From the NCBI RefSeq assembly GCF_054482525.1, contig NZ_CM137006.1: DNA of 64,000 nucleotides. One strand, written 5' to 3'. Position 1 is the first letter of the stretch. Each line of letters opens with the position of its first letter. The position numbers were made by a program, and so were the translations under genes. Positions 31,869 to 44,045 of this stretch are shown piece by piece. The notes under the pieces are model-generated. The model was not told where the DNA came from and did no database searches. It saw only the letters and a list, made by a program, of their open reading frames with translations.

Positions 31869-33014
31869 TTAGCGACCGCCCATAATGGCAATGTAATCCT
31901 GCGTCCAGCGACTGTAGGGAACAAACTTGCCCCCTTCTGCTATAGGTGTTTTCCAGAAGGCGATTTTATCGAAATAGTTAAAACCGTTTGTTTCACACCC
32001 TTTCTCGCCTAATAACGGACTGGCTTTACACCCTTCCGGCACTACCGGTAACGAGCCAAACCAGGCCGCCACATCACCCTGCACTTTTGGCGTTAATGAC
32101 CAGTTCATCCATTTGTAGGCGCAAACCGGATGTTTCGCTTCGCTATGTAGCATGGTGGTGTCAGCCCAACCGGTAACGCCCTCTTTCGGGAAAACGGTAG
32201 CGACAGGCTGGCCTTCGGCTTTCAGGGCGTTGGCCTGATAGGGCCAGGCACTGGATGCAACCACACCCTCGTTTTTGAAATCGCTCATTTGTACGGTAGT
32301 GTCATGCCAGTAGCGATGGATCAAACTATGTTGATCGCGCAGCACTTTCAGCACCGCCTGGTACTGTTCTTCGGTGAGTTGATACGGATCGCTGATGCCC
32401 AACTGCGGCTGAGTGGCTTTAACGAACAACGCAGCGTCCGCAATGTAGATAGGGCCATCATAGGCCTGTACGCGGCCTTTATTGCTCTTGCCGTCCGGCA
32501 GATTCTGCTCAACAAAAACCACTTGCCAGCTATCCGGCGGCGTCGGGAAGGTTTTAGTGTTGTACATCAACAGGTTCGGCCCCCATTGATAAGGTGTGCC
32601 ATAAACTTTGCCACTAACGTTAAACCAGTCGCCTTTAACCACGCGCGGATCGAGCGTTTTCCAGTTGGGAATCAATGCGGTATTAATCGGCTGCACGCGT
32701 TTACCCATAATCAAACGCAGCGAGGCATCGCCGGATGCCGTAACCAGATCGTAACCCCCTTTGGTCATCAGACTGACCATTTCATCGGAAGTCGCGGCGG
32801 TTTTCACATTCACCGCGCAGCCTGTCTCTTTTTCGAACTGCGTTACCCAGTCGTATTGTTTATCAGTTTGTCCGCGTTCGATGTATCCCGGCCAGGCGAT
32901 AATATCCAGTCGCCCTTCCGGTTTATCTAAATTGGTAGGCGGTTCGGCGGCATGAGCGGTGATTATTGTCATGGTGAGCGCACACAGGCTGCTGCGGGCA
33001 AATGTCTTGCTCAT
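31869..33014 (-). CDS. ydcS: Periplasmic substrate-binding protein (polyamine-binding family)
   Basis: 381 aa with signal peptide; first gene of the ABC operon. Confidence 0.85.
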   Translation of the reverse strand: MSKTFARSSLCALTMTIITAHAAEPPTNLDKPEGRLDIIAWPGYIERGQTDKQYDWVTQFEKETGCAVNVKTAATSDEMVSLMTKGGYDLVTASGDASLRLIMGKRVQPINTALIPNWKTLDPRVVKGDWFNVSGKVYGTPYQWGPNLLMYNTKTFPTPPDSWQVVFVEQNLPDGKSNKGRVQAYDGPIYIADAALFVKATQPQLGISDPYQLTEEQYQAVLKVLRDQHSLIHRYWHDTTVQMSDFKNEGVVASSAWPYQANALKAEGQPVATVFPKEGVTGWADTTMLHSEAKHPVCAYKWMNWSLTPKVQGDVAAWFGSLPVVPEGCKASPLLGEKGCETNGFNYFDKIAFWKTPIAEGGKFVPYSRWTQDYIAIMGGR

Positions 33015-33258
33015 AAGGTTTTACTCCTGTCGTAATTAATTGTTCAGCCGCCGTGCCGTAAAAATATCTCCTTGTTTAACCATAGACGGCGGCTTGCAGG
33101 CACACCTTCGCCCCTGAGAAAATTTAATCAGGTTGTGAGCTACCGCGCATTATGCCGTCTGTAAGGTTATCTTCTGGAGTATAGACAAGGAGTTAGGAAA
33201 TATGACTGCTATTCGAAATTCATATTACCCAACCTGAGAGGAATTTAATTAAACGCTA

Positions 33259-34665
33259 TTACAGCCGTTCTTGAATAAGTGTGCCTAATTGTTTTACCGC
33301 CTGTTCTTCACGTTCTCCCCACTGCCACGCGGTATTAAAACGGAAAAAACGTGACCAGTTTTCACCGGTAGAAAACATTTTACCCGGCGCAATACTGATA
33401 TGATGCGTCAGTGCCGCCAGGCTTAATTCGCCCGCATCTAACGGCTCGGGGAGCTCCAGCCAGAGAAAATAACCGCTGTCATTATGATGAATTTTCACTT
33501 CCGCAGGCAGATAACGCAGCAGTGCCTGCCAGGCACGTTGTTTACGTTCCGCAAGCTGGCGACGCAGGCGACGAAGATGGGCGTCGTAACGGCGCGTGGA
33601 AAGGTAATCCACCAGCGCAAGCTGCATCGGTGAGCTGGTGGAAAGCGTACTCATCAACTGCAAGCGTTGAATTTTACGTGCATGTTTTCCGGCGGCGACC
33701 CAACCAATACGAAAACCAGGCACCAGACATTTCGAAAACGAAGAGCAATGCAAAACGCCATCGTGGCGATCCCACGCTTTCGCAGGCAGCGGTTTTTCCC
33801 GTCCAAAATAAAGTTCGCTGTACACGTCATCTTCAATCAGCGTTACGTTGTACTGATTGAGCAACGCTACCAGCCGCGCTTTTTTCTGCGGCGTTAAGGT
33901 AAATCCGAGTGGATTCTGGCTATTAGTCATCAGCCAGCACGCTTTCACCGGATACTCCTGCAACGCCAGTTCCAGCGCCTTGAGATCAATCCCTTCGTTA
34001 ACATCCGTCGCCACCGATAACGCCTTCAGCCGTAACCGCTCCAGCGCCTGCAACGCGCCGTAGAAACAAGGATTCTCTACTATCACCCAATCGCCCGGTT
34101 CAGTGACCGCTTGCAAACTGAGGTTTAATGCCTCTAACGCCCCGGCGGTGATGACAATTTCATCAGGAGAAATAGTAATGCCCTGTAAGGCATAGCGACG
34201 AGCAATAGCCTGACGCAGTTCTGCGTTTCCTGGCGGTAAGTTTTCAATCACGCTCATCGCCGTGGCGGTTTTGCTTACCTGCGCCAGCGAGCGGTTTAGT
34301 TGTTGGAGGGGGAAAAGTCGCGGGTCGGGAAAGGCCGAGGCAAACGGAACTACCGACGGATCGCGACTGGCCTGCAACATATCAAAAATATAGGTGTTGA
34401 TATCGACTGCTTCATCTCGAGTGACTGGAATGACTGGCGCTTTCGGCATTTTTATTGCCTGTGGCGCAACGTAATAACCCGACTGCGGTCGCGCGATAAT
34501 ATATCCCTGACTTTCGAGCAACTGATAGGCATGGCTGACAGTCATAAAGCTCATGCCAGAAAGCGCCACCTGGTCACGCAACGAAGGCAAACGATCGCCA
34601 GGTTGCCAGATACCCGACGCAATCTGCTCGCGTAATTGTTCTGCAAGCTGCTGGTATTTTTTCAT
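33259..34665 (-). CDS. ydcR: MocR-family regulator (GntR HTH fused to aminotransferase-like domain)
   Basis: 468 aa; N-terminal HTH and PLP-fold C-terminal domain. Confidence 0.85.
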   Translation of the reverse strand: MKKYQQLAEQLREQIASGIWQPGDRLPSLRDQVALSGMSFMTVSHAYQLLESQGYIIARPQSGYYVAPQAIKMPKAPVIPVTRDEAVDINTYIFDMLQASRDPSVVPFASAFPDPRLFPLQQLNRSLAQVSKTATAMSVIENLPPGNAELRQAIARRYALQGITISPDEIVITAGALEALNLSLQAVTEPGDWVIVENPCFYGALQALERLRLKALSVATDVNEGIDLKALELALQEYPVKACWLMTNSQNPLGFTLTPQKKARLVALLNQYNVTLIEDDVYSELYFGREKPLPAKAWDRHDGVLHCSSFSKCLVPGFRIGWVAAGKHARKIQRLQLMSTLSTSSPMQLALVDYLSTRRYDAHLRRLRRQLAERKQRAWQALLRYLPAEVKIHHNDSGYFLWLELPEPLDAGELSLAALTHHISIAPGKMFSTGENWSRFFRFNTAWQWGEREEQAVKQLGTLIQERL

Positions 34666-34743
34666 TATCGAATCGTTATTATGTGCAGGTGATTCGGCAG
34701 TCTATATCAGTTGTTAAAAATGACAACTTTTCATAAACTGTTA

Positions 34744-35181
<438 letters not shown>

Positions 35182-35205
35182 GTCATTAACCTTTTTAATT
35201 GGCGA

Positions 35206-35382
35206 TTAACTCAAACCGAGTTGTTTCAGAATAGCTTTATGCAAGGGTTCTTTAATCTCTTCGCTGGGGAGACGCGGCATGACACTGCGCCTCCCGTGAA
35301 AACTGAGTTTTAAATGGTTGCTGCCATTCGCTACATCGACGCCCTGAGATTCGAGCCAACGTCTGAACTCGCTTTGTTTCAC
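35206..35382 (-). CDS. hicA: HicA mRNA-interferase toxin
   Basis: Hand-translated GTG-start ORF: (M)KQSEFRRWLESQGVDVANGSNHLKLSFHGRRSVMPRLPSEEIKEPLHKAILKQLGLS*; 58 aa; absent from the ORF track. Confidence 0.8.
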   Translation of the reverse strand: MKQSEFRRWLESQGVDVANGSNHLKLSFHGRRSVMPRLPSEEIKEPLHKAILKQLGLS

Positions 35383-35603
35383 ATCGCCTCCCTGCCGCTG
35401 AGTATATCAACAAAGTAAACATTAGTGTTTACCTCCGTATGTAATTTGCTCGAAAATAGCACTTAATCGCCGCAACGGCAGAATGCAATGCAAAATCAGG
35501 AAGGAAGATTCCAGAATTTCTTTGCGCTAATTTGCAAAACTGAATAAGAACCTCAAGAAACGATCGGCATCATAGCGGCAAAAGGTGAGAAAAAGGTGGC
35601 GGG

Positions 35604-35834
35604 ATGTTTACGAAGGCGTTATCGGTTGTCTTATTAACGTGTGCGCTGTTCTCAGGACAACTCATGGCAGGGCACAAAGGACATGAATTTATGTGGGTAA
35701 AGAATGTGGATCATCAGCTACGTCATGAAGCGGACAGCGATGAATTGCGTGCCGTGGCGGAAGAGTCGGCGGAAGGTTTGCGCGAGCATTTTTACTGGCA
35801 AAAATCGCGCAAACCAGAAGCGGGACAACGTTAA
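35604..35834 (+). CDS. yncJ: Small secreted protein (DUF2554)
   Basis: 76 aa with signal peptide. Confidence 0.7.
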   Translation: MFTKALSVVLLTCALFSGQLMAGHKGHEFMWVKNVDHQLRHEADSDELRAVAEESAEGLREHFYWQKSRKPEAGQR

Positions 35835-35925
35835 GTCGTTTGATGCCGGATGCGGCGTAACGCCTTACCCGGCAGGCAATATCATGCAGATTCAATAAGT
35901 TGTGAGTAACCAGAAAACTGGCGTT

Positions 35926-37929
35926 TTACCCTTTTCGCTTCGGCAATGTTTTCAGCAGCTCATCCGGACTTACGGATGCCACTACGCTTCCCGGTAACGG
36001 CATTTTCAGTATGTGATTTTTGATTTTGCCAATGACGTGCATCTCGCATGGGCGGCAATCAAACTTTAGCGTTAATACTTCATCGCCGTTAACCAGTTGC
36101 ATTGGCGTCGCCTTCCAGCTTTTGATATTGCCTTTCGCCTGTTTCGGGCACAGATTAAAGGCAAAGCGCAGACAATGCTTGGTGATCATCACCGGGACTT
36201 CGCCCTTCTCTTCATGTGCCTCATACGCCGCGTCAATCAGCTGCACACCATAGCGATGATAAAATTCACGCGCTTTCTGGTTGTATACGTTCGCGAGGAA
36301 ACTCAGATGCGTTTGCGGATAAACCGGCGCAGGATCAGCAACCGGTTTACGGCTGCCCCGCTGGTAACTGGCAAGACGTGCAGCATCCAGCATGTCGGCG
36401 GCTTCACGGCGGAACTGGTTTAACAGACTGTTTGATACAAACAGCGCACCCGGCAAATTAATTTGCACATCGCGGGCGTAATAGATGGTTTGCCCCAGTT
36501 TTGCCAGACCATCCTTTAGATTGTTCATTGCTTTTTCGGCGTTATTGGCTTCGTCGAAATGCCCGTCCAGCGTATGCGTGATGCTGACACCCTCTTCACT
36601 GGTGAGGGTCAGAATCAGTTGTTCCTGCCAGCCGCCCAGTTCAATGTCTACCGCCACCCGACGTTCGCTGGATGTTTTTGTCAGTGCCTGCTGCCAGTTA
36701 TGATCAAGATTACGGTTTAGTGGGTGATGCGGGCGAATTTTGTGCAACTCTGCTGGCATTTCATTGGGCCAGACGCGGTACTGATTTTCTCCGGTTTTCT
36801 CGACCGTATTGGCACGAAAGCCGACGACTTCACGTTTAATCATCACGTTCAGGCCATCGCCATTTGCCAGTGGTTCGGAAACGGCAACATCGAGATGATC
36901 TTTCGCCACTTTCAATACTTCACCCACCGGCAGGCCGATAAATTTCGGCGAATCGAACGCGCCAATATCGCCTTTACGGGCATTCACAAAATAATCTGTG
37001 CTACCACGGTTGAAAGTCTTTTCCGTCGATGGAACAAAGAAATGTTCAGTACGACCTGATGAAGCACGCGCCAGATCGCCACGTTCTTCAATAATGGCAT
37101 CCAGCATTTGGCGATAATGCGCGGTGATATTCTTCACGTAGCTCATATCTTTGTAACGCCCTTCAATCTTGAAGGAGCGTACGCCAGCATCAATCAGCGC
37201 GCCGAGGTTGGCAGTCTGATCGTTATCTTTCATCGACAGCAGATGTTTTTCATAGGAAACCACCCGCCCCTGATCGTCTTTCAATGTGTATGGCAAACGG
37301 CACGCCTGCGAGCAATCGCCACGGTTGGCGCTACGCCCTGTTTGCGCATGAGAAATGTAGCACTGACCCGAATAGGCCACGCACAGTGCGCCATGAATAA
37401 AGAATTCAATGGTCGCGTCCGTGGCCTGGTGAATCGCGCGGATCTGCTCAAGATTCAGCTCTCGCGCCAGCACAATCTGCGTAAAGCCAACATCAGAGAG
37501 GAACTTCGCTTTTTCGACTGTACGAATATCGCACTGCGTACTGGCGTGCAGTTCAATCGGCGGAATATCAAGTTCCAGAATCCCCATATCCTGAACAATC
37601 AGCGCATCGACGCCGGTCTGGTAGAGGTTGGTAATCAGCCGTTGCGCAGGTTCCAGCTCATCATCATGCAAAATGGTGTTAAGCGTGACAAAAATTTTTG
37701 CACCATAACGATGGGCAAACGGCACCAGTTCGGCAATATCTTTCAGGCTATTACTGGCATTATGACGGGCACCAAAACCAGGGCCGCCGATATAAACAGC
37801 ATCGGCACCGTGCAAAATAGCTTCGCGGGCAATGGCGGCATCGCGTGCCGGGCTTAACAGTTCAAGTCGATGAGAAGATACGGTCACATTCTTATCCAGT
37901 AGCTGAAAAATGGCGGCTATTTTAGCCAC
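35926..37929 (-). CDS. rlhA: U32-family peptidase-like protein (23S rRNA 5-hydroxycytidine synthase)
   Basis: 667-aa track ORF; the true start is probably about 14 codons internal. Confidence 0.8.
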   Translation of the reverse strand: MAKIAAIFQLLDKNVTVSSHRLELLSPARDAAIAREAILHGADAVYIGGPGFGARHNASNSLKDIAELVPFAHRYGAKIFVTLNTILHDDELEPAQRLITNLYQTGVDALIVQDMGILELDIPPIELHASTQCDIRTVEKAKFLSDVGFTQIVLARELNLEQIRAIHQATDATIEFFIHGALCVAYSGQCYISHAQTGRSANRGDCSQACRLPYTLKDDQGRVVSYEKHLLSMKDNDQTANLGALIDAGVRSFKIEGRYKDMSYVKNITAHYRQMLDAIIEERGDLARASSGRTEHFFVPSTEKTFNRGSTDYFVNARKGDIGAFDSPKFIGLPVGEVLKVAKDHLDVAVSEPLANGDGLNVMIKREVVGFRANTVEKTGENQYRVWPNEMPAELHKIRPHHPLNRNLDHNWQQALTKTSSERRVAVDIELGGWQEQLILTLTSEEGVSITHTLDGHFDEANNAEKAMNNLKDGLAKLGQTIYYARDVQINLPGALFVSNSLLNQFRREAADMLDAARLASYQRGSRKPVADPAPVYPQTHLSFLANVYNQKAREFYHRYGVQLIDAAYEAHEEKGEVPVMITKHCLRFAFNLCPKQAKGNIKSWKATPMQLVNGDEVLTLKFDCRPCEMHVIGKIKNHILKMPLPGSVVASVSPDELLKTLPKRKG

Positions 37930-37959
37930 AAGCGCGACGTTGCGAAATAGTTTTCCCGC

Positions 37960-38496
37960 TTAACTGCGTGGGTAATGGATGAGAGAATGAAAATGTACGA
38001 TTTGCTCCCCACCATTACGATAGATATGCGTAACGTCTGCAGCAAATCGAGCGCCTTCTCCACAATTAAGGCTCTGCCATTCACCATCAACGCACAGATC
38101 AAGTTGCCCATCAATGACGACAACATGTTCGATTACTCCCTTCTCATGGGGCGTCGATTCACTTAATGCACCTGGTGCCATCTGAATCGAGAAGTGTTCA
38201 AAGCAGAGTTGTGGATCATAAGGAAACAGTGAAGTGATCACCATCGCCTGCTGTTGCGGATCATAAACTGAAGGCGTATCGGACTGCGGCGGAGAAATAA
38301 ATGTCGAAAATGGCACGTTCAACCCGGTGGCAATTTTCCATAATGTCGCGACCGTCGGGCTGGACTCATTACGCTCAATCTGCCCTAACATCGCTTTAGA
38401 AACGCCCGTCGCTTCTGCCAGTCGCGAAAGACTCCAGCCGCGCTGCTGACGTAGCTGTTTAAGTGTGGTGGATAAAAAGCGAGTGAGATTTTCCAT
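37960..38496 (-). CDS. sutR: XRE-HTH plus cupin transcriptional regulator
   Basis: 178 aa; HTH at the N-terminus and cupin at the C-terminus. Confidence 0.8.
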   Translation of the reverse strand: MENLTRFLSTTLKQLRQQRGWSLSRLAEATGVSKAMLGQIERNESSPTVATLWKIATGLNVPFSTFISPPQSDTPSVYDPQQQAMVITSLFPYDPQLCFEHFSIQMAPGALSESTPHEKGVIEHVVVIDGQLDLCVDGEWQSLNCGEGARFAADVTHIYRNGGEQIVHFHSLIHYPRS

Positions 38497-38587
38497 GTGA
38501 CTCCTCCGGCAAAGCGGAAGTTTATCACTTGTGCGTTATAACGGACAAATGCTACGGTGCCTGTACGCTATAACGCACGAGGTGACC

Positions 38588-39760
38588 ATGCGTCTGTTTT
38601 CTATTCCTCCACCCACGCTACTGGCGGGGTTTCTGGCGGTATTAATTGGCTACGCCAGTTCAGCGGCAATAATCTGGCAAGCAGCGATTGTCGCCGGAGC
38701 CACCACTGCACAAATCTCTGGCTGGATGACGGCGCTGGGGCTGGCAATGGGCGTCAGTACGCTGGCTCTGACATTATGGTATCGCGTACCTGTTCTCACC
38801 ACATGGTCAACGCCTGGCGCGGCTTTGTTGGTCACCGGATTACAGGGACTAACACTTAACGAAGCCATCGGCGTTTTTATTGTCACCAACGCGTTAATAG
38901 TCCTCTGCGGCATAACGGGACTCTTTGCTCGTCTGATGCGCATTATTCCGCACTCGCTTGCGGCGGCAATGCTTGCCGGGATTTTATTACGCTTTGGTTT
39001 ACAGGCGTTTGCCAGTCTGGATGGTCAATTTACGTTGTGTGGCAGTATGTTGCTGGTATGGCTGGCAACCAGGGCCGTTGCGCCGCGCTATGCGGTAATT
39101 GCCGCGATGATTATTGGGATCGTGATCGTTATCGCGCAAGGTGACGTTGTCACAACTGATGTTGTCTTTAAACCCGTTCTCCCCACTTATATTACCCCTG
39201 ATTTTTCGTTTGCTCACAGCCTGAGCGTTGCACTCCCCCTTTTTCTGGTGACGATGGCATCGCAAAACGCACCGGGTATCGCAGCAATGAAAGCAGCTGG
39301 ATATTCGGCTCCTGTTTCGCCATTAATTGTATTTACTGGATTGCTGGCACTGGTTTTTTCCCCTTTCGGCGTTTATTCCGTCGGCATTGCGGCAATCACC
39401 GCGGCTATTTGCCAAAGCCCGGAAGCGCATCCGGATAAAGATCAACGTTGGCTGGCAGCTGCCGTTGCCGGCATTTTCTATTTGCTCGCAGGTCTGTTTG
39501 GTAGTGCCATTACCGGGATGATGGCTGCCCTGCCCGTAAGTTGGATCCAGATGCTGGCAGGTCTGGCGCTGTTGAGTACCATTGGCGGCAGTTTGTATCA
39601 GGCGCTGCATAATGAGCGTGAGCGCGACGCGGCGGTGGTGGCATTTCTGGTAACGGCAAGTGGATTGACGCTGTTCGGGATTGGTTCTGCGTTTTGGGGA
39701 TTAATTGCCGGAGGCGTTTGTTACGTGGTGTTGAATTTAATCGCTGACAGAAACCGATAA
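38588..39760 (+). CDS. ydcO: BenE-family membrane transporter
   Basis: About 390 aa from MRLFSIPPPTLLAGF...; polytopic membrane protein. The track ORF has an upstream extension. Confidence 0.8.
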   Translation: MRLFSIPPPTLLAGFLAVLIGYASSAAIIWQAAIVAGATTAQISGWMTALGLAMGVSTLALTLWYRVPVLTTWSTPGAALLVTGLQGLTLNEAIGVFIVTNALIVLCGITGLFARLMRIIPHSLAAAMLAGILLRFGLQAFASLDGQFTLCGSMLLVWLATRAVAPRYAVIAAMIIGIVIVIAQGDVVTTDVVFKPVLPTYITPDFSFAHSLSVALPLFLVTMASQNAPGIAAMKAAGYSAPVSPLIVFTGLLALVFSPFGVYSVGIAAITAAICQSPEAHPDKDQRWLAAAVAGIFYLLAGLFGSAITGMMAALPVSWIQMLAGLALLSTIGGSLYQALHNERERDAAVVAFLVTASGLTLFGIGSAFWGLIAGGVCYVVLNLIADRNR

Positions 39761-39766
39761 TAAAAA

Positions 39767-39786
39767 GCGCCATCTAACGATGGCGC
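39767..39786. terminator. Hairpin between convergent ydcO and ydcL
   Basis: gcgccatc taac gatggcgc, flanked by A-run and T-run. Confidence 0.55.
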
Positions 39787-39794
39787 GTCTGGAA

Positions 39795-40463
39795 CTACTT
39801 TTTGTTAACGTCAAACATGGTGGCATCGGTCGCCATGTCATCAATAACTTGTTTAATATTTTCGAAAGCCATTGGCGTACTTTCGTTATTCAGGTCTTTA
39901 CCTTCGCCCTGACGAACGACTTTGATAACCGGTTTATTAGTCGCTGCATCAATCAGCTCACCTTCAAAATACAGGCGAGTATCCATGGTACGGTGGCCCG
40001 TCGCCATTTGCGTCCCCGCGACCACTAATGCGACAGGAACCACTTCATAGAATTGCAGCCCTTCTTTGCTGGTATCAACACCGGTAATGGCCCCACGGAA
40101 AATCAGACTACGCGGCCCAGCGGTGGTAACCAGTGGTTTACGCTGCGCTATCGCTTCTTTCATTTCGGTGTTGGTATAGTTCAAAATTTTATCCAGAACT
40201 TTCTGCCCTACCTGGGTTGAAGGTTTCGGTACCGGATAATAAGTGACTGGGTTCCAGACTATGCTGTCATATTTGCTTTGATCAAAACTCGGGTCTACCC
40301 AACGTAAAACAGGTTTACCTGTTGCTGAGGTTGTTTCTTTTAAATCAGAGTAATTGTTTAAAAAACCAGAATATTTATCTGGCTGGGTGATTTTAGAGGC
40401 ACAACCAGACAGAGCCAACAAGCCGCATAAAGCTGCAACTTTCGCAATTGATGTGGTACGCAT
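39795..40463 (-). CDS. ydcL: Lipoprotein
   Basis: 222 aa; lipobox LSGCAS near the N-terminus. Confidence 0.8.
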   Translation of the reverse strand: MRTTSIAKVAALCGLLALSGCASKITQPDKYSGFLNNYSDLKETTSATGKPVLRWVDPSFDQSKYDSIVWNPVTYYPVPKPSTQVGQKVLDKILNYTNTEMKEAIAQRKPLVTTAGPRSLIFRGAITGVDTSKEGLQFYEVVPVALVVAGTQMATGHRTMDTRLYFEGELIDAATNKPVIKVVRQGEGKDLNNESTPMAFENIKQVIDDMATDATMFDVNKK

Positions 40464-40561
40464 GAATAGTTTCCTGAGATGATTATATTACTTTCTAAGT
40501 TATAGCAAAAAGCGCCGCTTCGTGTTGTGGCAAAAAAAGTGTTGGTGAAAATAAATTTTTC

Positions 40562-40603
40562 AGCCCCTTTTCAGACGACATAGTCAATGCCGAAAAAGGG
40601 GCT
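40562..40603 (-). terminator. Long-loop hairpin 3' of tehAB
   Basis: agcccctttt ... aaaaggggct, a 10-bp stem with a 22-nt loop followed by a T-rich run on the minus-strand transcript. Confidence 0.4.
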
Positions 40604-40765
40604 AAGTCAATCATCAGTAGTTAAATTTCAGTGAGTTAAGCGGCTAAAAAACTTCGACTACTGTGATTAATTTCACATCCCTTCGATAAAAAATATGCTT
40701 ACCGAAAAGAAGAACAGTAAACCATCTCAGCGTGGGGAATTTTCACGCGCTTTGTTCTTACCGGA

Positions 40766-41359
40766 TCATTTTTTACGTGCCAGCATCGTGGCGAAACGCA
40801 GTTTAATACGATTACCGTTGGCGTCGGTGCGGTGCAGCTCGCCGACGTCTTCATTGTATTTCACCCTCTCCCAGCCTTCGTAATATCGACGTAATTCTCC
40901 CTCTTTGAAGGCAAACGGGAAGCCGACGGTACATGGATAATCAGCGGTATCCATCGCCGCCACAATCAGGTTGTAACCGCCAGGTTTCGTGCAACGTTGC
41001 ATATTGGCAATCAGCCCTGGGATGGTTTTAGCCTCAAGGAACATCAGCACCACAGTCGAAATAATAAAATCGTACTGTCCATCAAATGTGAGGTTATTCA
41101 GATCAACGACCCGGGTGTGTAAATTATCCAGATTTTCAATGGACTTAATGCGCTCGACGTTGGCGATACTCATGGCATTTTTATCCCATGCGTCAACATC
41201 ATAACCATTGGCTGCCAGGTAAAGACTGTTACGACCATTGCCACAGCCCAGATCCAGCGTTTTACCCGGTTTAACCACTTTCACCGCTTCCAGCACTTCA
41301 GAGTGTGTGCGGGTTAATTCATATTTATCAGTAAAATAGTTTTCATCACGAATGATCAT
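40766..41359 (-). CDS. tehB: Tellurite resistance SAM-dependent methyltransferase
   Basis: 197 aa; methyltransferase motif [15 protein letters not shown] overlap with tehA. Confidence 0.9.
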   Translation of the reverse strand: MIIRDENYFTDKYELTRTHSEVLEAVKVVKPGKTLDLGCGNGRNSLYLAANGYDVDAWDKNAMSIANVERIKSIENLDNLHTRVVDLNNLTFDGQYDFIISTVVLMFLEAKTIPGLIANMQRCTKPGGYNLIVAAMDTADYPCTVGFPFAFKEGELRRYYEGWERVKYNEDVGELHRTDANGNRIKLRFATMLARKK

Positions 41360-42348
41360 TCTTTGTCCTCTGCTTTCATTAAAACGGCGCGCTCGGTTCT
41401 GACTAACAATTTTCCCTGCATCAGAAGCGCAAAAGTACGGATGAGCAGTATTGCAATAATAAAATTGGTAAAGATAAACAGCGGCACCGCCAGCGTATGG
41501 AAAAATCCATTATCGCTGCCACTCCCCAGATGCAAACCGGTGGTTGCCAGTGCAGATACGCCGAACGAGAAACTCCAGAATGAAGCATTAAATGGCTGGG
41601 AGAGATACCATGGCATCAGACGTAGCATAAACAGCAGTTGCAGCAGTCCATAACCGAAAAGCATTTTCGCCAGCGTGTCACCCTCGCCGCCGTTGACGCT
41701 CAGCCAGGCACTACAGGCCACCAGCGCAGGAGCGAGCTGAATGCCGAGTGATGTCCGCAGCGCCGTGGGTAATTCTCCCGAACTGCGCAGACGCTGCAAG
41801 ATCACCGGTTCAAGGCTTAGCCATGAGAAAACGCCTGCGCCTAAAAACACCAGACCGGCGTCGGTGTAGCCCAACGCACCACAGGCCATTGCGCTGATAA
41901 AGTTGTTGGCAACTGTCGGCAGATACAGTCCAGGCGTGGTAGCTTCTTCAGGGTGAGATCCGCGCCATAATCCCGCAGTTTGCCATGCGGCATAAGCCAG
42001 TTGCACCACGACACCAAAACTGAACAGGCACACCGCCAGTGGGCGAAACCACGGAACAAAACCAATCGCCACCAACATCGTCGTTGCCGGAAACAAACTC
42101 ACAAAACTGCTCAGCACTGGATGGCGAACTTCCGCCAGCACGCTATGCGGAAAGCGTATGAGTCGGGTAATAAATGCGCTAGTTAATAATCCCCAGATGA
42201 TCATCGCCAGAATCACCAGCCCATCCCCTAACCAGTGGCTGACCTGCCAAACCTGGCTGGCATAGCGCCAGGCAAATCCCATCCCTATCGTCCCCAACAC
42301 AATACCAAAGTAGCCTGCCGGCAAATTGAGCACTTTATCGCTCTGCAT
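41356..42348 (-). CDS. tehA: Tellurite resistance membrane protein (TDT family)
   Basis: 330 aa from [15 protein letters not shown]...; the track ORF has a 36-codon upstream extension. Confidence 0.85.
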   Translation of the reverse strand: MQSDKVLNLPAGYFGIVLGTIGMGFAWRYASQVWQVSHWLGDGLVILAMIIWGLLTSAFITRLIRFPHSVLAEVRHPVLSSFVSLFPATTMLVAIGFVPWFRPLAVCLFSFGVVVQLAYAAWQTAGLWRGSHPEEATTPGLYLPTVANNFISAMACGALGYTDAGLVFLGAGVFSWLSLEPVILQRLRSSGELPTALRTSLGIQLAPALVACSAWLSVNGGEGDTLAKMLFGYGLLQLLFMLRLMPWYLSQPFNASFWSFSFGVSALATTGLHLGSGSDNGFFHTLAVPLFIFTNFIIAILLIRTFALLMQGKLLVRTERAVLMKAEDKE

Positions 42349-42471
42349 CTTCTTACTCATTTTGTTTAATTTATAAAGTATATTTGAAATGCATTTTATG
42401 GAATTTTCTCGAGCATAGCCAGAGCCGCAGAATTTGCTACGGTTATAGTAAGTCACCTGTGAGAAAACGCT

Positions 42472-43452
42472 ATGCGCAAATATCGTCTAAGTGAAGAACA
42501 GCGAGCCTTTAGTTATCAGGAAGATGGCACTAAAAAAAGTGTGTTATTACGGCAGATTATCGCCATTAGCGATTTTAACGATGTGATAGCAGGAACCGCT
42601 GGCGGCTGGATCGATCGCGAAACGGTGTTAGCGCAGGAAGGAAATTGCTGGATTTACGACCAGAATGCTATTGCGTTCGGCGGAACGGTGATTTCCGGTA
42701 ATACGCGTATCACCGGCACCAGCGTACTGTGGGGAGAGGTTTACGCAACGGATAACGTCTGGATCGATAATAGTGAAATCAGCCAGGGTGCATATATAAG
42801 TGACAGCGTCACCATTCGTGACTCATTAGTTTGTGGTCAATGTAGAATATTTGGTCACGCCTTAATTGATCAACATTCTATGATCGTCGCCGCACAAGGC
42901 TTAACGCCCGACCATCAACTCCTGCTACAAATTTATGATCGCGCAAGGGTTAGCGCCTCGCGTATTGTCCACCAGGCACAAATTTATGGCGATGCCGTCG
43001 TCCGGTATGCTTTTATTGAACATCGCGCCGAAGTTTTTGATTTTGCCAGTGTTGAAGGTAATGAAGAGAACAACGTCTGGCTATGCGATTGCGCTAAAGT
43101 TTACGGTCACGCGCAGGTGAAAGCTGGCATAGAAGAAGATGCCATTCCGACGATTCATTACAGTTCACAGGTGGCGGAATATGCCATTGTGGAAGGTAAT
43201 TGTGTGTTAAAACATCATGTCTTGATTGGCGGAAGTGCTGTGGTACGTGGTGGACCGATTCTGCTCGACGAGCACGTTGTAATACAAGGTGAGAGCCGTA
43301 TTACAGGTGCGGTGATAATTGAAAACCATGTGGAGTTAACCGACCACGCCGTCGTTGAAGCCTTTGATGGCGACACGGTTCATGTCCGTGGTCCAAAAGT
43401 CATTAACGGCGAGGAGCGCATTACGCGAACGCCGCTGGCAGGGTTATTGTGA
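42472..43452 (+). CDS. ydcK: Hexapeptide-repeat (left-handed beta-helix) protein
   Basis: 326 aa with repeated hexapeptide-like units. Confidence 0.75.
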   Translation: MRKYRLSEEQRAFSYQEDGTKKSVLLRQIIAISDFNDVIAGTAGGWIDRETVLAQEGNCWIYDQNAIAFGGTVISGNTRITGTSVLWGEVYATDNVWIDNSEISQGAYISDSVTIRDSLVCGQCRIFGHALIDQHSMIVAAQGLTPDHQLLLQIYDRARVSASRIVHQAQIYGDAVVRYAFIEHRAEVFDFASVEGNEENNVWLCDCAKVYGHAQVKAGIEEDAIPTIHYSSQVAEYAIVEGNCVLKHHVLIGGSAVVRGGPILLDEHVVIQGESRITGAVIIENHVELTDHAVVEAFDGDTVHVRGPKVINGEERITRTPLAGLL

Positions 43453-43983
43453 ATCGATAATACGCGCGTATAAGTTCACATCATCATAGGCATCATTCAG
43501 GAACTCAGCCTGTTTCAGACAACCTTCAAGGATAAAACCATTGCGCAAAGCGACCTGGTTGCTTTGCGCATTGTCCACCCGACATTTGATCACGAAGCGT
43601 CTAAGTTCACCAGACTGAGCGTAATGATGAATCAATGCCTGCAGCGCCTGAGAAATGATCCCCTGCCCCTGATGAGATTCGTCCAGCCAGTAGCCGATTT
43701 CAGCGGTTTTATTCAGTGGTTCAATACGATTAAACGAGATAACGCCGATAAGTTCATCTTCTTTGAAAATCATGAACATTTTGGCATATCCGCGTTGATG
43801 CAACATTACATTGCCCTGCACCGTTTTTCGTGTGTCCTCTTCACTTTGAACAAACTGCGGCCAGTTTAGCGACTGCTGTAACCAGGTTCTATTTTTACAG
43901 ATTAACTGATAAAGAGGTGTGACATGACTTTCTGCAACAGCATGTAATTCAAGTGATTCACTTACTTTTATCGTTTCGGTCAT
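43444..43983 (-). CDS. rimL: Ribosomal protein L7/L12 serine N-acetyltransferase (GNAT)
   Basis: 179 aa from [16 protein letters not shown]...; GNAT fold. Confidence 0.85.
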   Translation of the reverse strand: MTETIKVSESLELHAVAESHVTPLYQLICKNRTWLQQSLNWPQFVQSEEDTRKTVQGNVMLHQRGYAKMFMIFKEDELIGVISFNRIEPLNKTAEIGYWLDESHQGQGIISQALQALIHHYAQSGELRRFVIKCRVDNAQSNQVALRNGFILEGCLKQAEFLNDAYDDVNLYARIIDSQ

Positions 43984-44045
43984 CTTATCTCCAGTCAATC
44001 CATGCAGTTGTTAAAAAAGCCGCCTGGCTGGCGGCTTAGGAAAGT

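Noticed and set aside
37108-37857. 249-aa plus-strand ORF antisense to rlhA; also 32289..32930 (antisense to ydcS), 20668..21288 (antisense to yncE), 60075..60737 (antisense to azoR), 3121..3678 (antisense to narY)
   Set aside because: Each lies wholly inside a confidently identified gene on the other strand and has no family resemblance.
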